Below are positions 9,633 through 19,902 of a DNA stretch of 59,917 nt, piece by piece. The DNA is taken from the IMG/VR virus record IMGVR_UViG_3300005613_004609, positions 1-59,917 of that record; one strand, 5' to 3'. The notes under the pieces were generated by a model. That model searched no databases. It was not told where the DNA came from and saw only the letters and a list, made by a program, of their open reading frames with translations. Both the position numbers and the translations under genes were made by a program. Source of the DNA: a virus. Lineage: Duplodnaviria > Caudoviricetes. The stretch's first letter is position 1; every line of letters begins with the position of its first letter.

Positions 9633-11110
9633 CATTTACTCCTTTCAAATATACCCTTTAGAGGATCAATAAGAGTGATATAATTATGTAAGAACTTATA
9701 AATTTGAGTAAGATTGTACACACGAGGCCTTGAAGTCACAGATATACCATTTCGACCATAGAACCTTGCCAGAGTATCCCAGTTGAATCTCTCACCAATA
9801 CTATAACCATTGAGAAAGGTATCAAGCACCCTATCATGGGTAAGCATACACACCTTACGATGTACTTCAGAGACATCCACAACAGCCATTTGATAAAACT
9901 TCTCTGCCGTATCCTCCATCAATTCTATACAATTTTTATCATGCCTGCAAGCATTAAAGGAAGCAACGTCAGCATTTGATACTTTACCGTTCATAATCTG
10001 CTTCACCTTAGCTATCAGAACCTTTTCAGAGTCATAATAGAAGGGATACTTGTCTTTAAACATAGCCCGAGCCCATTTTCTGTCAGGCAATAAACAAGGT
10101 ACACCCATATAAATAACTTCCCGAGGAACCGAGGGATGGCCTTCACATTTCGAGGCATAAAGAACACATTGCAGGTTTTTCAGCACATTCTCTATATAAT
10201 ACTCCCTCCCTTTAACCCCTGCAGCATCTTGACCTTGAAGTAAGTTTCCCACATCCTCTCCAGTTACCCTTTTGCAGATAGGAGGATCAAAAGACGTCCC
10301 AGTAGTTGCCAACTCCATTTTTATACTATATCTTGCAAAGAGAGGAAACACAACATCCAGTATTTTATTCACGAGTTTATTAGAAGTCATACGACCAACA
10401 TATGACACTCTAAAATCCTTTGGCTTATTCTGCAAGCGATTGCAAACTTCACTATCCGATAGGATAGAGTCCTTTAACTGTGTCAAGATTCCACCACCAA
10501 TGAGTTTAGAGGCGTCTCTAACACCGCGTACCATGCTTGCACTGAGGTAGTGACGGCATATTGTGAGCCCTCTATCAACTTGTTCAGTTGTTGTAAACAC
10601 TGTCCTTGTGGCAGTCAGGTAAGCAGAGGCCTCAAGCCTTAAACGTTCATCAAATCGATCATTCAAGGCAGGATACCCCTCTACCCCAGTATAAAGAGGG
10701 AAGAAGTACGTTGGACTCTGATAACCATCTCTTGCGATCTCAATATTCATGGCAGAGGAGAGAGAAACAACAGCCTTCTTGTTAGTAAGAACAAAGTCTA
10801 TAGGACAAGTCCTACTATTAATATATTGATTAGCAATATGTGTTGGTATGGGTGCCGAGGTACGTTCTTGAGCAATTCTATCAGTCAGGTCATAAACAGC
10901 CTGGACACCCGTCTCTTTTGGGTCATTATACTTATCAAAGCGTTCCTTATATAAAGGATCAAGCAATATCAAACTTTGCAGACCATGGACTCTATGCATC
11001 TCAATGAAAGCATCATAGAGTAGCAGGAATCCACTGTCACTGAATAGAGATTTCGGCCCAAGGGCTATCCAAGGCCACCCAAAGGCCGTTTTTGGCTTTA
11101 TTAAACTCAT
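9632..11110 (-). CDS. GT-B fold glycosyltransferase, possibly DNA-modifying
   Basis: YVGRMTSNK and SKCEGHPSVPRE...GVP GT4-like motifs. Confidence 0.7.
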   Translation of the reverse strand: MSLIKPKTAFGWPWIALGPKSLFSDSGFLLLYDAFIEMHRVHGLQSLILLDPLYKERFDKYNDPKETGVQAVYDLTDRIAQERTSAPIPTHIANQYINSRTCPIDFVLTNKKAVVSLSSAMNIEIARDGYQSPTYFFPLYTGVEGYPALNDRFDERLRLEASAYLTATRTVFTTTEQVDRGLTICRHYLSASMVRGVRDASKLIGGGILTQLKDSILSDSEVCNRLQNKPKDFRVSYVGRMTSNKLVNKILDVVFPLFARYSIKMELATTGTSFDPPICKRVTGEDVGNLLQGQDAAGVKGREYYIENVLKNLQCVLYASKCEGHPSVPREVIYMGVPCLLPDRKWARAMFKDKYPFYYDSEKVLIAKVKQIMNGKVSNADVASFNACRHDKNCIELMEDTAEKFYQMAVVDVSEVHRKVCMLTHDRVLDTFLNGYSIGERFNWDTLARFYGRNGISVTSRPRVYNLTQIYKFLHNYITLIDPLKGIFERSK

Positions 11111-11129
11111 ATTCTTATTACCTCATACT

Positions 11130-11759
11130 TTACCTAAATAAACCAAAAGTAAACACGTGTGAAAGATAAGAATGATCCACAGCCCATCTCTTAAAAGGCA
11201 AGTGCTTAACCAAAGCGGGCAAAAGAGTGTACGGATTATACGCTTTATACCCGATAATATCGCTTGGCTCATAAGGACGTAGTTCAGAGAATAAGTCCAC
11301 TATTATTGCCTTTGGATCATAAACTGCAACCAGGAAATCAAGTTCCTTAAGAAGGTCCTGTTGCTCAAACCGAAAATTTCCATTAGCTATGACAGCATCA
11401 ACAGACCAATTCTTAGAAATAAGAGATTTTCGAACACTAACATCCACAGGCGTATTTTTAGCCACCGCCGTCAGTATCTTCCTTGCCTGCCTCCTTGCCT
11501 CCTCGCGGATTTCTATTCCTAAATAGTTTCCTAAAGCCATTCTTGCATATCCATAGAACGAGGCAGTGCCACACCCAAAATCCACAATATTCATTGGCGG
11601 CTCATATTCCATTAAGAGCATCCTCATAGTAGCAGCAAATCTCACCTTCTGTGAATGTCTTGTTGTCCAACCATTGAGTGACATTTCACCCTTTTCTATT
11701 CTATCACTATACCACTTTTTCATTCTCTCCATTTCGATACTTAACATAAAGCTCTCCAT
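11130..11759 (-). CDS. class I SAM-dependent methyltransferase (probable start 11732)
   Basis: IVDFGCGTA motif I; YLGIEI motif II. Confidence 0.8.
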   Translation of the reverse strand: MESFMLSIEMERMKKWYSDRIEKGEMSLNGWTTRHSQKVRFAATMRMLLMEYEPPMNIVDFGCGTASFYGYARMALGNYLGIEIREEARRQARKILTAVAKNTPVDVSVRKSLISKNWSVDAVIANGNFRFEQQDLLKELDFLVAVYDPKAIIVDLFSELRPYEPSDIIGYKAYNPYTLLPALVKHLPFKRWAVDHSYLSHVFTFGLFR

Positions 11760-11798
11760 CTTTCATGAATTCAGAATAACCAAACCTCCGGCACATGT

Positions 11799-13175
11799 TC
11801 AAGAACCACACACGTGAATAAAACCAAATACTTTAGCCTTACCAGCATTGTTTAGAAATTTGAAAGCATCTTCAAATAAAATATCTTTTTTAGGCAATTT
11901 CTCAAATATTCCAGATACGCTCGAAAATTCCGAGTTATCAAAGCTTTCACGAGCATCAAGCAAGAGTCCATCCAGAACATCCGTTACTTTAGAAGCGAAG
12001 CATTCCATGGAATGTCTTCTCTCCACTTGTAAAGCCCACTCATAAGCCAACTCCGCAGCTTTATTATAAGTCTTAATTAGAGACAGCAGGACAGTAGCTA
12101 CATTCTCAGCATTACAACGCTCTACAACATAAGGCATCTTCTCCTCATTTATCCACCCCTTCTGATACTTAGTGCGCCACCATATAATGGGGATTCCACG
12201 CATCATCTGCTCTACAAGACTCATATTCACCCCATCATAAGGACGTAAATGTATAGAGACATGACATTCACCAACTTTCTCTCTGAACTCTTTGTTAGGT
12301 AATCCCCAATAAACTTCCACAAAGGCTGAAGTCCCTTCAAGCATCTCTTTATGCTCTTCTCCCTGTGGAGTATTAGTACAGACAATCAATTTTACTCTAT
12401 TATTGAATAAAGAAGCCAGTTTTTTAATAGCACCTATTGTTACAACGGCCTGCTCTCCTCTCTCCTCTACTCCTCTGCCAAAACCTCCAGCAATTAAAAC
12501 TTTGAAGGTCTCGCCCTTTCTTGGCTTCTTATGAAGATAGGGTTTGAATAGAGGATTAACAGGCCACCATATAAAGTGCGTATTCTTATGCGCCTCTCTT
12601 GCAACAGCGGGAGAAAAAATTCGTCTTATATTCTGTTTTAATATACCATAATCATAGGGATTCCCGGTCGAAACAGATTGAAACAAAGCCGCGCCAGACT
12701 CTAATAATTGTAAAGGTTTCTGCCACTCTCTATCCCCACAGGGCTGCCTTCTCCATTCATCATATGAAGCAATCATCTCACTTATTGTAAAGACTGGAAT
12801 CTTTAACCGTGACCAACCACATTCAACTAAAGGCCTCTGAATACCAACGGCAAGTGCAGGATTATTATTAACAACCACCTCAAAAGGAATTCGTGTGCCT
12901 CTAACAATCAATAATCTCAATAACTCTTTTGAAAATACTTGAGTTCCAGTCATTTGGTCTTTAACCATACTCAAGTACACCACTTTAATATTCTTGTTCT
13001 CAACAAGTTTTCCTTCATACTTAAAACCATCCTTCTCATTAGGCAAGACTAAATAAACAACATGTCCATAATCTGCAAGTGCCTTAGCCTGTATAACTCC
13101 CCATTTAAGAGCAGTATCATTATTAACTAATCTGAAATGATGATTAGGAAGGAATAGAACAACACTCATATCCAA
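11799..13175 (-). CDS. GT-B fold glycosyltransferase; true C-terminus may extend to 11707 via a 1-nt indel
   Basis: YDGVNMSLVEQMMRGIPII GT4-like motif. Confidence 0.7.
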   Translation of the reverse strand: MDMSVVLFLPNHHFRLVNNDTALKWGVIQAKALADYGHVVYLVLPNEKDGFKYEGKLVENKNIKVVYLSMVKDQMTGTQVFSKELLRLLIVRGTRIPFEVVVNNNPALAVGIQRPLVECGWSRLKIPVFTISEMIASYDEWRRQPCGDREWQKPLQLLESGAALFQSVSTGNPYDYGILKQNIRRIFSPAVAREAHKNTHFIWWPVNPLFKPYLHKKPRKGETFKVLIAGGFGRGVEERGEQAVVTIGAIKKLASLFNNRVKLIVCTNTPQGEEHKEMLEGTSAFVEVYWGLPNKEFREKVGECHVSIHLRPYDGVNMSLVEQMMRGIPIIWWRTKYQKGWINEEKMPYVVERCNAENVATVLLSLIKTYNKAAELAYEWALQVERRHSMECFASKVTDVLDGLLLDARESFDNSEFSSVSGIFEKLPKKDILFEDAFKFLNNAGKAKVFGFIHVCGS

Positions 13176-13789
13176 AGCCTCACTACCTCAAAGGCCTCCG
13201 CAAAACTTTGATTTATATAAGCACCCCAAAACTTTGCCTGCACAAGCGATTGACTTGAGTTAAGATATTCCCTTCCAGGCACCATTTGACTTTTATACTT
13301 CTTGATAGCAAGAATCTTTCTCCGTAAGTCCTTCCCCGATATTCCAACAAAAAATGTCCGCTTTACTTGCGAGATATCATTATTTGGAAAGGAGCCACAC
13401 AGTATTGGAACTTTACCCTTAAAGGTCCTTATAACCTCCTCATAGATGGTCCTATGATCTTGATTAGTATCAGAGGATTGATGCGTAACAACGACAGTCG
13501 GAAGAGAGGAACTCAAGTAATACCTTAAATTTTCTGCAATACGTTCCCTACCTTTCTGAATAGAACCATCCACAGCATTAAAGTCTCTAACCTGCCAATT
13601 TACCTCCGGATAAACATCCTTACCCTCACGTACTTCCTTCCAAGGCATTGCAGTAAGTAGACCATCATGTTTCGAGAAAGTGATGCATAATGCCGAAGAA
13701 CTAAAACGTGATAAAGTTCCACCGGCGAATAGCTCGATGTCGTCAACATGAGCACCCACAAATAAAGGACGATCAAATAGATCATTCAT
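13166..13789 (-). CDS. PIG-L/LmbE family deacetylase
   Basis: GAHVDDIE, THQSSDTNQDH, YKSQ, AEAF motifs. Confidence 0.85.
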   Translation of the reverse strand: MNDLFDRPLFVGAHVDDIELFAGGTLSRFSSSALCITFSKHDGLLTAMPWKEVREGKDVYPEVNWQVRDFNAVDGSIQKGRERIAENLRYYLSSSLPTVVVTHQSSDTNQDHRTIYEEVIRTFKGKVPILCGSFPNNDISQVKRTFFVGISGKDLRRKILAIKKYKSQMVPGREYLNSSQSLVQAKFWGAYINQSFAEAFEVVRLWI

Positions 13790-14754
13790 AGACTCCTCCT
13801 TATTTTACAAACGTCCATATACCACGAAAGAGACTTATTGAGCCCATCAGCAAGTTGGATCATACTATTAGCCACATCAGGAAATAATGCTCTGAACTTA
13901 TGAGTATCGCCAACCCTCCGCAAGGCATTATCCCAGTTCCTTGGTTCTTTGACCTCTACCTCAGAGGGAGAGCCAGTAAGTTTCACTATAAGGTCTGCAG
14001 CTGTTTTAATAAACACCTCGACTCCAGTTGCAATATTATAGATCAATGAAATCCTACCAGGCGCCTCCTCAATACGTTGTAGACCAGCCATAACACCATC
14101 AATGACATCATCTATATACGTAAAGTCCCTTGAGCATGTTTTACCAGTGACATTCAAAGTCATACCTGATAACGCTGACCTAAAGAACAGAGGAATCACA
14201 GACCTCCACTGCCCAGGTATGTCCCCTTTTCCATACACATTAAAGAAGCGCGGCGCTACATAAGAAATGTCATATATGTTACAGAATCCCTCACAAAGCA
14301 CCTCAGCAGAGTACTTTCCAACCTCATAAGGGGTCTGAGGCCCAGGCTTTGCGTCCTCAGAGTAAGCCACAACATCCATACCTCCATACACCCCCGAAGA
14401 GGAGGCATAAACAAGTCTCGGTACTGCATTATATCTACAGAAGTTCAAGACAGCTATTGTACCAAGCACATTAGTCTCAATACTTTTCAACGGTTCGGCA
14501 AGCGATCTTTCATTAGCATAATGAGCAGCAAAATGAAAGACTACATCTATTTTCGGTATACGTGTATTTGCCAAACGTGATATATCCCCAGGCAGTATTT
14601 CCACTATGGAACTGTCAGCTCTACTTTGCATGCGAATAACAGAATCCTCCATGGTATCAACCACCAAAACCTCCCATCCCTCATGTTGCAGTCTTGAGAC
14701 AAGGGCACTACCAATAAATCCAAGTCCACCGGTCACTAATGCTTTCATAGACAT
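13786..14754 (-). CDS. NAD-dependent nucleotide-sugar epimerase/dehydratase
   Basis: TGGLGFIG, YEVGK (YxxxK), RFFNVYG, RDFTYIDD. Confidence 0.9.
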   Translation of the reverse strand: MSMKALVTGGLGFIGSALVSRLQHEGWEVLVVDTMEDSVIRMQSRADSSIVEILPGDISRLANTRIPKIDVVFHFAAHYANERSLAEPLKSIETNVLGTIAVLNFCRYNAVPRLVYASSSGVYGGMDVVAYSEDAKPGPQTPYEVGKYSAEVLCEGFCNIYDISYVAPRFFNVYGKGDIPGQWRSVIPLFFRSALSGMTLNVTGKTCSRDFTYIDDVIDGVMAGLQRIEEAPGRISLIYNIATGVEVFIKTAADLIVKLTGSPSEVEVKEPRNWDNALRRVGDTHKFRALFPDVANSMIQLADGLNKSLSWYMDVCKIRRSL

Positions 14755-14763
14755 CTCCTATTT

Positions 14764-15732
14764 TTAATATCCTCCATTTTCTCTCTTTTCCAAAACCCAT
14801 TCCACGATCCCCTTAAGCTCATCTCTTATGGTTCTTTTCCAAGAAAGTTTAACATCCTTCTCACCTCCCCCACCCTTTTTGATGGAGTACTCCTTAAATA
14901 AAGGCCACCATTTTTCCTCAAAAGCTGAAGGATTTTTCAGGTTCTCTTCACGCATAAATGAAGGCACGTGGCCAGATTCCAGATAAAACCAGACAGCGTG
15001 AAGGTCCTTTATTTGATACTTATGACTCTTGTTTTTACGCCAAATAGATACAGCAATCTTTCCAACTTGAGTATGAAAGTCAAAGACATACCAGGGCAAG
15101 TTTACTGTTTTAGGCTTCCTTTTTCCATGGGAATCAACCCACCTTTTCAGGCCAACCTCAACCAGGTCATCAATATATCCTTCCTCGATTCCTCTGTGGG
15201 TAAGGAGAAGGATCGCTGCAAGTGACATAATTCTATCACCGAACATTCCTCCCATTCTCGCTCTTCCTTTTAATACCTTCATAACAGAGGATTCATAAGG
15301 GGTCAGTTCCCTCACCTCATTGCAAGCGCTTGCAAGATCATCCGCCAGCCCTACTATATCACAAGTTGGATCATTTGTTTTAGGAATCCAATTTAACCGA
15401 TCAACAGCTTCAGGCTCAGCACTTTTATAAGTATCAGGCACATAGAATATTGCATCTGCATCCTTTACTTTCCTAATAAGAGTGAGTTCATACAGAAAAC
15501 GCAACCATTCATCGGGGTCCTCAGATTTTTTATCAGTGAATTCCTTTAGTCTCCCACTGAAGTACCAGGCTTCCTCGATCACAATGGAGGGGAGTCGCCA
15601 TTTCAACCAACTTTTATGTTTCTTTTCAGACCAAAGCAGATTAAAACATGTCTTGCATAAATCCAAATCTCCTCGCCTTACCGCCTTCTGGATTCCAGAA
15701 TGAGCACCGTATAACAGATCGTCTTCCTTCAT
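14764..15732 (-). CDS. protein with MgsA/RarA C-terminal-like helical domain, no ATPase domain
   Basis: SGIQKAVRRGD and YVFDFHT..G resemble the MgsA C-terminal family. Confidence 0.55.
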   Translation of the reverse strand: MKEDDLLYGAHSGIQKAVRRGDLDLCKTCFNLLWSEKKHKSWLKWRLPSIVIEEAWYFSGRLKEFTDKKSEDPDEWLRFLYELTLIRKVKDADAIFYVPDTYKSAEPEAVDRLNWIPKTNDPTCDIVGLADDLASACNEVRELTPYESSVMKVLKGRARMGGMFGDRIMSLAAILLLTHRGIEEGYIDDLVEVGLKRWVDSHGKRKPKTVNLPWYVFDFHTQVGKIAVSIWRKNKSHKYQIKDLHAVWFYLESGHVPSFMREENLKNPSAFEEKWWPLFKEYSIKKGGGGEKDVKLSWKRTIRDELKGIVEWVLEKRENGGY

Positions 15733-15758
15733 TTTCCCTCCACTATTTGTTTATTTAC

Positions 15759-15788
15759 ATTATAATAATAAAGAGGGTTTTTTGTCAA
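15759..15788 (-). promoter_or_regulatory. sigma70-type promoter TTGACA-18-TATAAT
   Basis: Consensus boxes upstream of the modification/ParB/terminase gene string. Confidence 0.75.
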
Positions 15789-15806
15789 GTTTAATGTCTC
15801 AAAAGT

Positions 15807-15841
15807 AAAAGGCCAGACCACATAAAAAGTGGGCTGACCTT
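15807..15841 (-). terminator. intrinsic terminator
   Basis: Stem AAGGTCAGCCCAC/GTGGTCTGGCCTT followed by a T-rich tract, just after the stop of 15863..16747. Confidence 0.65.
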
Positions 15842-15862
15842 CTGGACTTTACACTATAATGA

Positions 15863-16747
15863 TTAATCTATACCAAGGATATCATCAATATCAACAGCGT
15901 CATCCGCACCATCGCCTTCATCATCGTCCTGCACTGCAGGATCATCATCATCGTCAAGAGAACCACCCTCAGCAGCTCCATTAACCTTATCTATCGTATC
16001 CTCAGCATCCTTCTTATTAGAGGATTTATCACCAACCTCTTTTTTGACTGACACCTTTACACCATAAAGTTTTTCGATGTAAGTTATGTAGTCTTTGAGG
16101 CTTGTCCGCTCAGGGGTAACACCCTTGGCAGTCAACCAATCTTGGCAGATCATTTCAACTGCAATGACCGCATTTGTGGAATCACACAGATTCTTTGCCT
16201 CCTCAATTGCTTCCAGAATCACATTAGCCTCAGCCTCAGTCATTCTCAAGGTAAGAGTAGTAATTGAGGGAACGTCAATTTCAGAGGTATCCTTCTTGCG
16301 AACAATTTTTGCAGCCTCAGCCAGTTCCCGAGAAGTCATTTTCTCAGCTTTATCCATCCAAGTTTTGGCATTTTTCTCTGTTATGACCGTGGCTATTTCC
16401 TTCATTTTTGTCCAGCCAAGGGCAGCAACTTTATCTTTAGGTAAATCAAGACTCTTGACCTTATCCCAAATATCAATGAAGTATCTCGCCTTCCTATATT
16501 TTATATCAAGCTCTTTATTGCAGTAGTCCTCAAAGGAATCAAACTTCCACTTTTCATGAAAGTCATTGTGATACGCCTCTGTGAGTAACCTGGCCATATC
16601 CAGATAGCCAGTCTCTATCTGTTCCTGAGCGTCCAGAATCTCTTGCCTGACAATTTCTTCCCGAGGCATTTTGACCTTGCTTTTCCCAACAGTTCCAGAG
16701 GCTGAATTCGATTTTGTTTTTGTTGTTGTTTTTTGTCCTTTAGCCAT
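15863..16747 (-). CDS. putative DNA-binding protein (DUF3102-like HTH) with acidic tail
   Basis: FDSFEDYC..EL.I.YRKARYFI and LGWTK pattern. Confidence 0.55.
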   Translation of the reverse strand: MAKGQKTTTKTKSNSASGTVGKSKVKMPREEIVRQEILDAQEQIETGYLDMARLLTEAYHNDFHEKWKFDSFEDYCNKELDIKYRKARYFIDIWDKVKSLDLPKDKVAALGWTKMKEIATVITEKNAKTWMDKAEKMTSRELAEAAKIVRKKDTSEIDVPSITTLTLRMTEAEANVILEAIEEAKNLCDSTNAVIAVEMICQDWLTAKGVTPERTSLKDYITYIEKLYGVKVSVKKEVGDKSSNKKDAEDTIDKVNGAAEGGSLDDDDDPAVQDDDEGDGADDAVDIDDILGID

Positions 16748-16750
16748 TTT

Positions 16751-19177
16751 TTACTCCTTTCGATTAACAGTTTTTATACGTCTAATTTTACCAGTGGAAG
16801 CCTTGTTTTTCCCACTGGACACAAGCCGCGCTTTGTTGGCAACCCATTCACGAATTACCCTTAATTCAACATCGTCCCTTACCGATTGAGGGATAGTCTC
16901 TCTGATCGCTCTTACAACATGTTTTGCTTCAACCTCTACACCCTGGTCAAAAGCAGTGAACATCGCATCCTCGATATCACCCTCAATTTCGGAGCCAGTG
17001 AAACCATCAGACAGAGACGCAAGGGCCTTGCAACCAAATTTTTCAGGTTTACGGCCCCTTTTCCTTAAGTGAATCTTAAAAATTTCTTCCCGTTCATCAG
17101 CACTTGGAAGATCAGTAGCCCAAACCTCGTCAAGGCGCCCCTTCCTATAAACCATTGAGGGAAGGGAGGTTACGTTATTAGCAGTCGCAACCAACATGAC
17201 AGGATAAGAGGTCTCTTGTCTCCAAGTTAGAATAGTTGAGACAACCCGAGCAGTGACTCCAGAATCAAGATCACCGGAACCAGCCATTCCAGCAAGTCCC
17301 TTCTCAATCTCATCCATCCATAACACCACAGGAGAGACAGCCTCTGCAACCATCAAAGCCATTCTGGTAGCTGCCTCACTCTCCCCAACCAGGGAACGAT
17401 AAATCTTCCCCATGTCCATACGAAGCAGTGGGAGTTTCAAGTAAGAAGCCACAGCCTTGGCAGTCAAAGACTTACCAGAATTATGTACTACAAAATCTTC
17501 CGCAAGATAGTTTCTATACGGTTCTTGCATTATAATATCATATGTATCTACTTCACCTTTAGAAACTATTGATACTATTTTTTCAGGAATTACAGTAGAA
17601 TATCTAAAATTCTGCATATTAGTATACCCATGTAAAGTATCATGCTCTACTTTTGTCATTACTTCAAGATTCTCTCTGACATCGTTTGTAAAATCCTCAT
17701 CTTTATGATGGATTGCAACTCCTCTTGGCAAATAAGATAAGTTACTTGCCTTTTTCTTATTTGTTTTCAATACAAAAATGAAGTCCTCTACTGTCATTCC
17801 ATTCATTTCTGCTTCCACAACTAATCTTGCAAAAGCTTGGCTTGAATGACTCTCATTGCTCCAAGCATACGGATGAAACATTAAACCATAAATAACCCTC
17901 CTTCCTTTTCTTGTATTCCTCTTTCTTCCATCTCCAGAGGAGACATCTCTCATCATTACCATATCACCAACAGATAAATCTGATAATTTTATAAAAGCTC
18001 CATCCTCTTCAACCTTGAAGGGGTGCTCAGAAGTGACTTTTATACTCCTTCCAGAATCGGTTGTGACTTCGTAAACCTCTTTAATGCCACTATACACAAT
18101 AGAATCTATATCGTGATACTTGAGGGTCCCATCCTCTGTTAAAGCTAAACATTGTGTATCTATTAAATTATCTACCCAAAGATAACGGTCACCTGAACGG
18201 TGTTTTCCCTGACCAAAACCATTCCTCGAAATTCGATTAAATTTATAGTAGGCATCCTCAATAGTATAAATTCTACCACTATTCCTTTTCCCCCTCCTAA
18301 ACCTAATTTTTGTATCACCAGAAGCACATCCGGCAGGGCCTACAATTAACATCCCTTTTGGGTAAGGGAGACCATATTCACGTGCCTCTTTCGTGAACAC
18401 CTTCTTTCGTCTATGCAACCAAACCTTGAAGGCATCAAATCCACCAACATCGTCCATAGTCTCCCTAACTGGAATGAATTCAAGAACATCAGATTTTCTC
18501 ACCTCTTGCTCTTTCTGAGATTGTATAACATTAAGATCAATCCCCGAAGTTGTGGCAAGAGACAGAGCCAGAGCATTCTCCGCCCCTATTGAATCCAAAC
18601 CGATGGCCGCTGCAGAGGCATCCTTTACAACTTCATCAAGGTCCTCTCCCTTTTTCAATGGTTTCAAATCATCACTATAGGCATTCAATATCTGTTTATA
18701 CCCCTCTGCTATCTGCTCCTGATTTGGCAGAGGACAGTCAATAAAAGTTACTATATTTTTCAACTCGACTGGTAAAGTGATATGTGGCCCAACGAATATA
18801 ATATGACTACCAACCAAACGTGCTGCATTAGCGGCATCAATAGTTTGTTGAATTATCAAGAAGTTCTCAACAAACTGCCTTACGTTGTGGAAAATTGCCA
18901 CAATCGGGGTATCTGAGACCTCAACATAAGCCAGAGCATCCCGTAAATCAGTGGCCACCTCATTTGCAGCGTCACCACTCTCTGAAATGTCTGAGACACG
19001 AAGCCCCTGTGTGATTTTCCAAACGCCCACTCTGATATCATTTATATTGAGTTCAGAGAGAGCATTCCGTACCATCTCCTCTGCCACAGATGGCTCCGTT
19101 GTTCTCATAAAGAGACAAGGATAGCCAGCCTGAATATACTCCCGGATGGTCGGTTCCTGTTTAACCTTTTCCTTCAT
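16751..19177 (-). CDS. Ycf46-like AAA+ ATPase with intein
   Basis: DVGGFDAFKVWL, PKGMLIVGPAG/SGKS, LWMDEIEKG, ATAN, RKGRLDE. Confidence 0.9.
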   Translation of the reverse strand: MKEKVKQEPTIREYIQAGYPCLFMRTTEPSVAEEMVRNALSELNINDIRVGVWKITQGLRVSDISESGDAANEVATDLRDALAYVEVSDTPIVAIFHNVRQFVENFLIIQQTIDAANAARLVGSHIIFVGPHITLPVELKNIVTFIDCPLPNQEQIAEGYKQILNAYSDDLKPLKKGEDLDEVVKDASAAAIGLDSIGAENALALSLATTSGIDLNVIQSQKEQEVRKSDVLEFIPVRETMDDVGGFDAFKVWLHRRKKVFTKEAREYGLPYPKGMLIVGPAGCASGDTKIRFRRGKRNSGRIYTIEDAYYKFNRISRNGFGQGKHRSGDRYLWVDNLIDTQCLALTEDGTLKYHDIDSIVYSGIKEVYEVTTDSGRSIKVTSEHPFKVEEDGAFIKLSDLSVGDMVMMRDVSSGDGRKRNTRKGRRVIYGLMFHPYAWSNESHSSQAFARLVVEAEMNGMTVEDFIFVLKTNKKKASNLSYLPRGVAIHHKDEDFTNDVRENLEVMTKVEHDTLHGYTNMQNFRYSTVIPEKIVSIVSKGEVDTYDIIMQEPYRNYLAEDFVVHNSGKSLTAKAVASYLKLPLLRMDMGKIYRSLVGESEAATRMALMVAEAVSPVVLWMDEIEKGLAGMAGSGDLDSGVTARVVSTILTWRQETSYPVMLVATANNVTSLPSMVYRKGRLDEVWATDLPSADEREEIFKIHLRKRGRKPEKFGCKALASLSDGFTGSEIEGDIEDAMFTAFDQGVEVEAKHVVRAIRETIPQSVRDDVELRVIREWVANKARLVSSGKNKASTGKIRRIKTVNRKE
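17480..18328 (-). mobile_element. intein with HNH endonuclease in the AAA Walker A (283 aa)
   Basis: Starts CASGD, ends VVHN before S(+1); HHKDEDFTND motif. Confidence 0.9.
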
Positions 19178-19227
19178 AAACTATACCTCCTTTCCAAAAA
19201 ATGTTAATAGTGTAAAGTGTTAAAATA

Positions 19228-19256
19228 AAGATATAATTATTATAATTTTTTGTCAA
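19228..19256 (-). promoter_or_regulatory. sigma70-type promoter (CTTGACAAAAA family)
   Basis: TTGACA plus an AT-rich -10 region upstream of the AAA gene. Confidence 0.6.
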
Positions 19257-19537
19257 GGTTTTTTCTCGAATTTTCGGACACTATCATTTTTTTTCGTTGC
19301 AAGCGATTGCAATAAAGAAAGCCTATACATTTCACCTGACCACAGAACACCACTGGCAAGATATGCAATACAGGCCATCTCATCTGGCCTTAGATGAATA
19401 ATTTCTGGTTCTTCTCCATCTTTTTCAAAACTTAAATACATAGTATCTATTTCACTCCCCTTAACAAAACCGGCAGAAAAGACGCAATTATTGCCAGCAT
19501 ATTCTTGGCGTAAAACTTCATTGTAAACTCTTGTCAT
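19253..19537 (-). CDS. hypothetical protein
   Basis: 94-aa ORF within the gene string. Confidence 0.6.
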   Translation of the reverse strand: MTRVYNEVLRQEYAGNNCVFSAGFVKGSEIDTMYLSFEKDGEEPEIIHLRPDEMACIAYLASGVLWSGEMYRLSLLQSLATKKNDSVRKFEKKP

Positions 19538-19538
19538 A

Positions 19539-19871
19539 TTAGGATTCCTTATCTCTTTGAATAACCTTCACATATTCATCAACAATTGCTTTAAAATCCT
19601 TCGAGTGGCACACCAGCCACCATCCCTCTTTTCCTTTCTCAACAAGGACACACATAGGTATTTTGTTTTCCGCTTTAGCCTTCTTTGCAGTATCCCTCCA
19701 CAAAGTAATTGCAGAGTGTTTTTCCCTAAGCTTTTGCTCCATGTACAGTTTGGCATGCAAAGAATCGCTTCTTGTATGTCTACTACCACCTCCAGACAGG
19801 GGTGTTCGTTCAGTGCCAAATTCCCGAGCAACTTTACGTTCCCGTGCTTTCCAAGTTCCACGTGCTGTCAT
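19539..19871 (-). CDS. putative Holliday junction resolvase (PD-(D/E)XK fold)
   Basis: WKARERKVA...RTPLSG...D...MEQK pattern. Confidence 0.65.
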   Translation of the reverse strand: MTARGTWKARERKVAREFGTERTPLSGGGSRHTRSDSLHAKLYMEQKLREKHSAITLWRDTAKKAKAENKIPMCVLVEKGKEGWWLVCHSKDFKAIVDEYVKVIQRDKES

Positions 19872-19902
19872 TTAATTACCCCTAACCTCTATATCATCCA
19901 GA

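Noticed and set aside
11707-11825. Alternative -1 frame C-terminus of the glycosyltransferase (YSRVWFLNMCRRFGYSEF...) as a programmed frameshift
   Set aside because: No canonical slippery heptamer; a missing T in a short run explains it.
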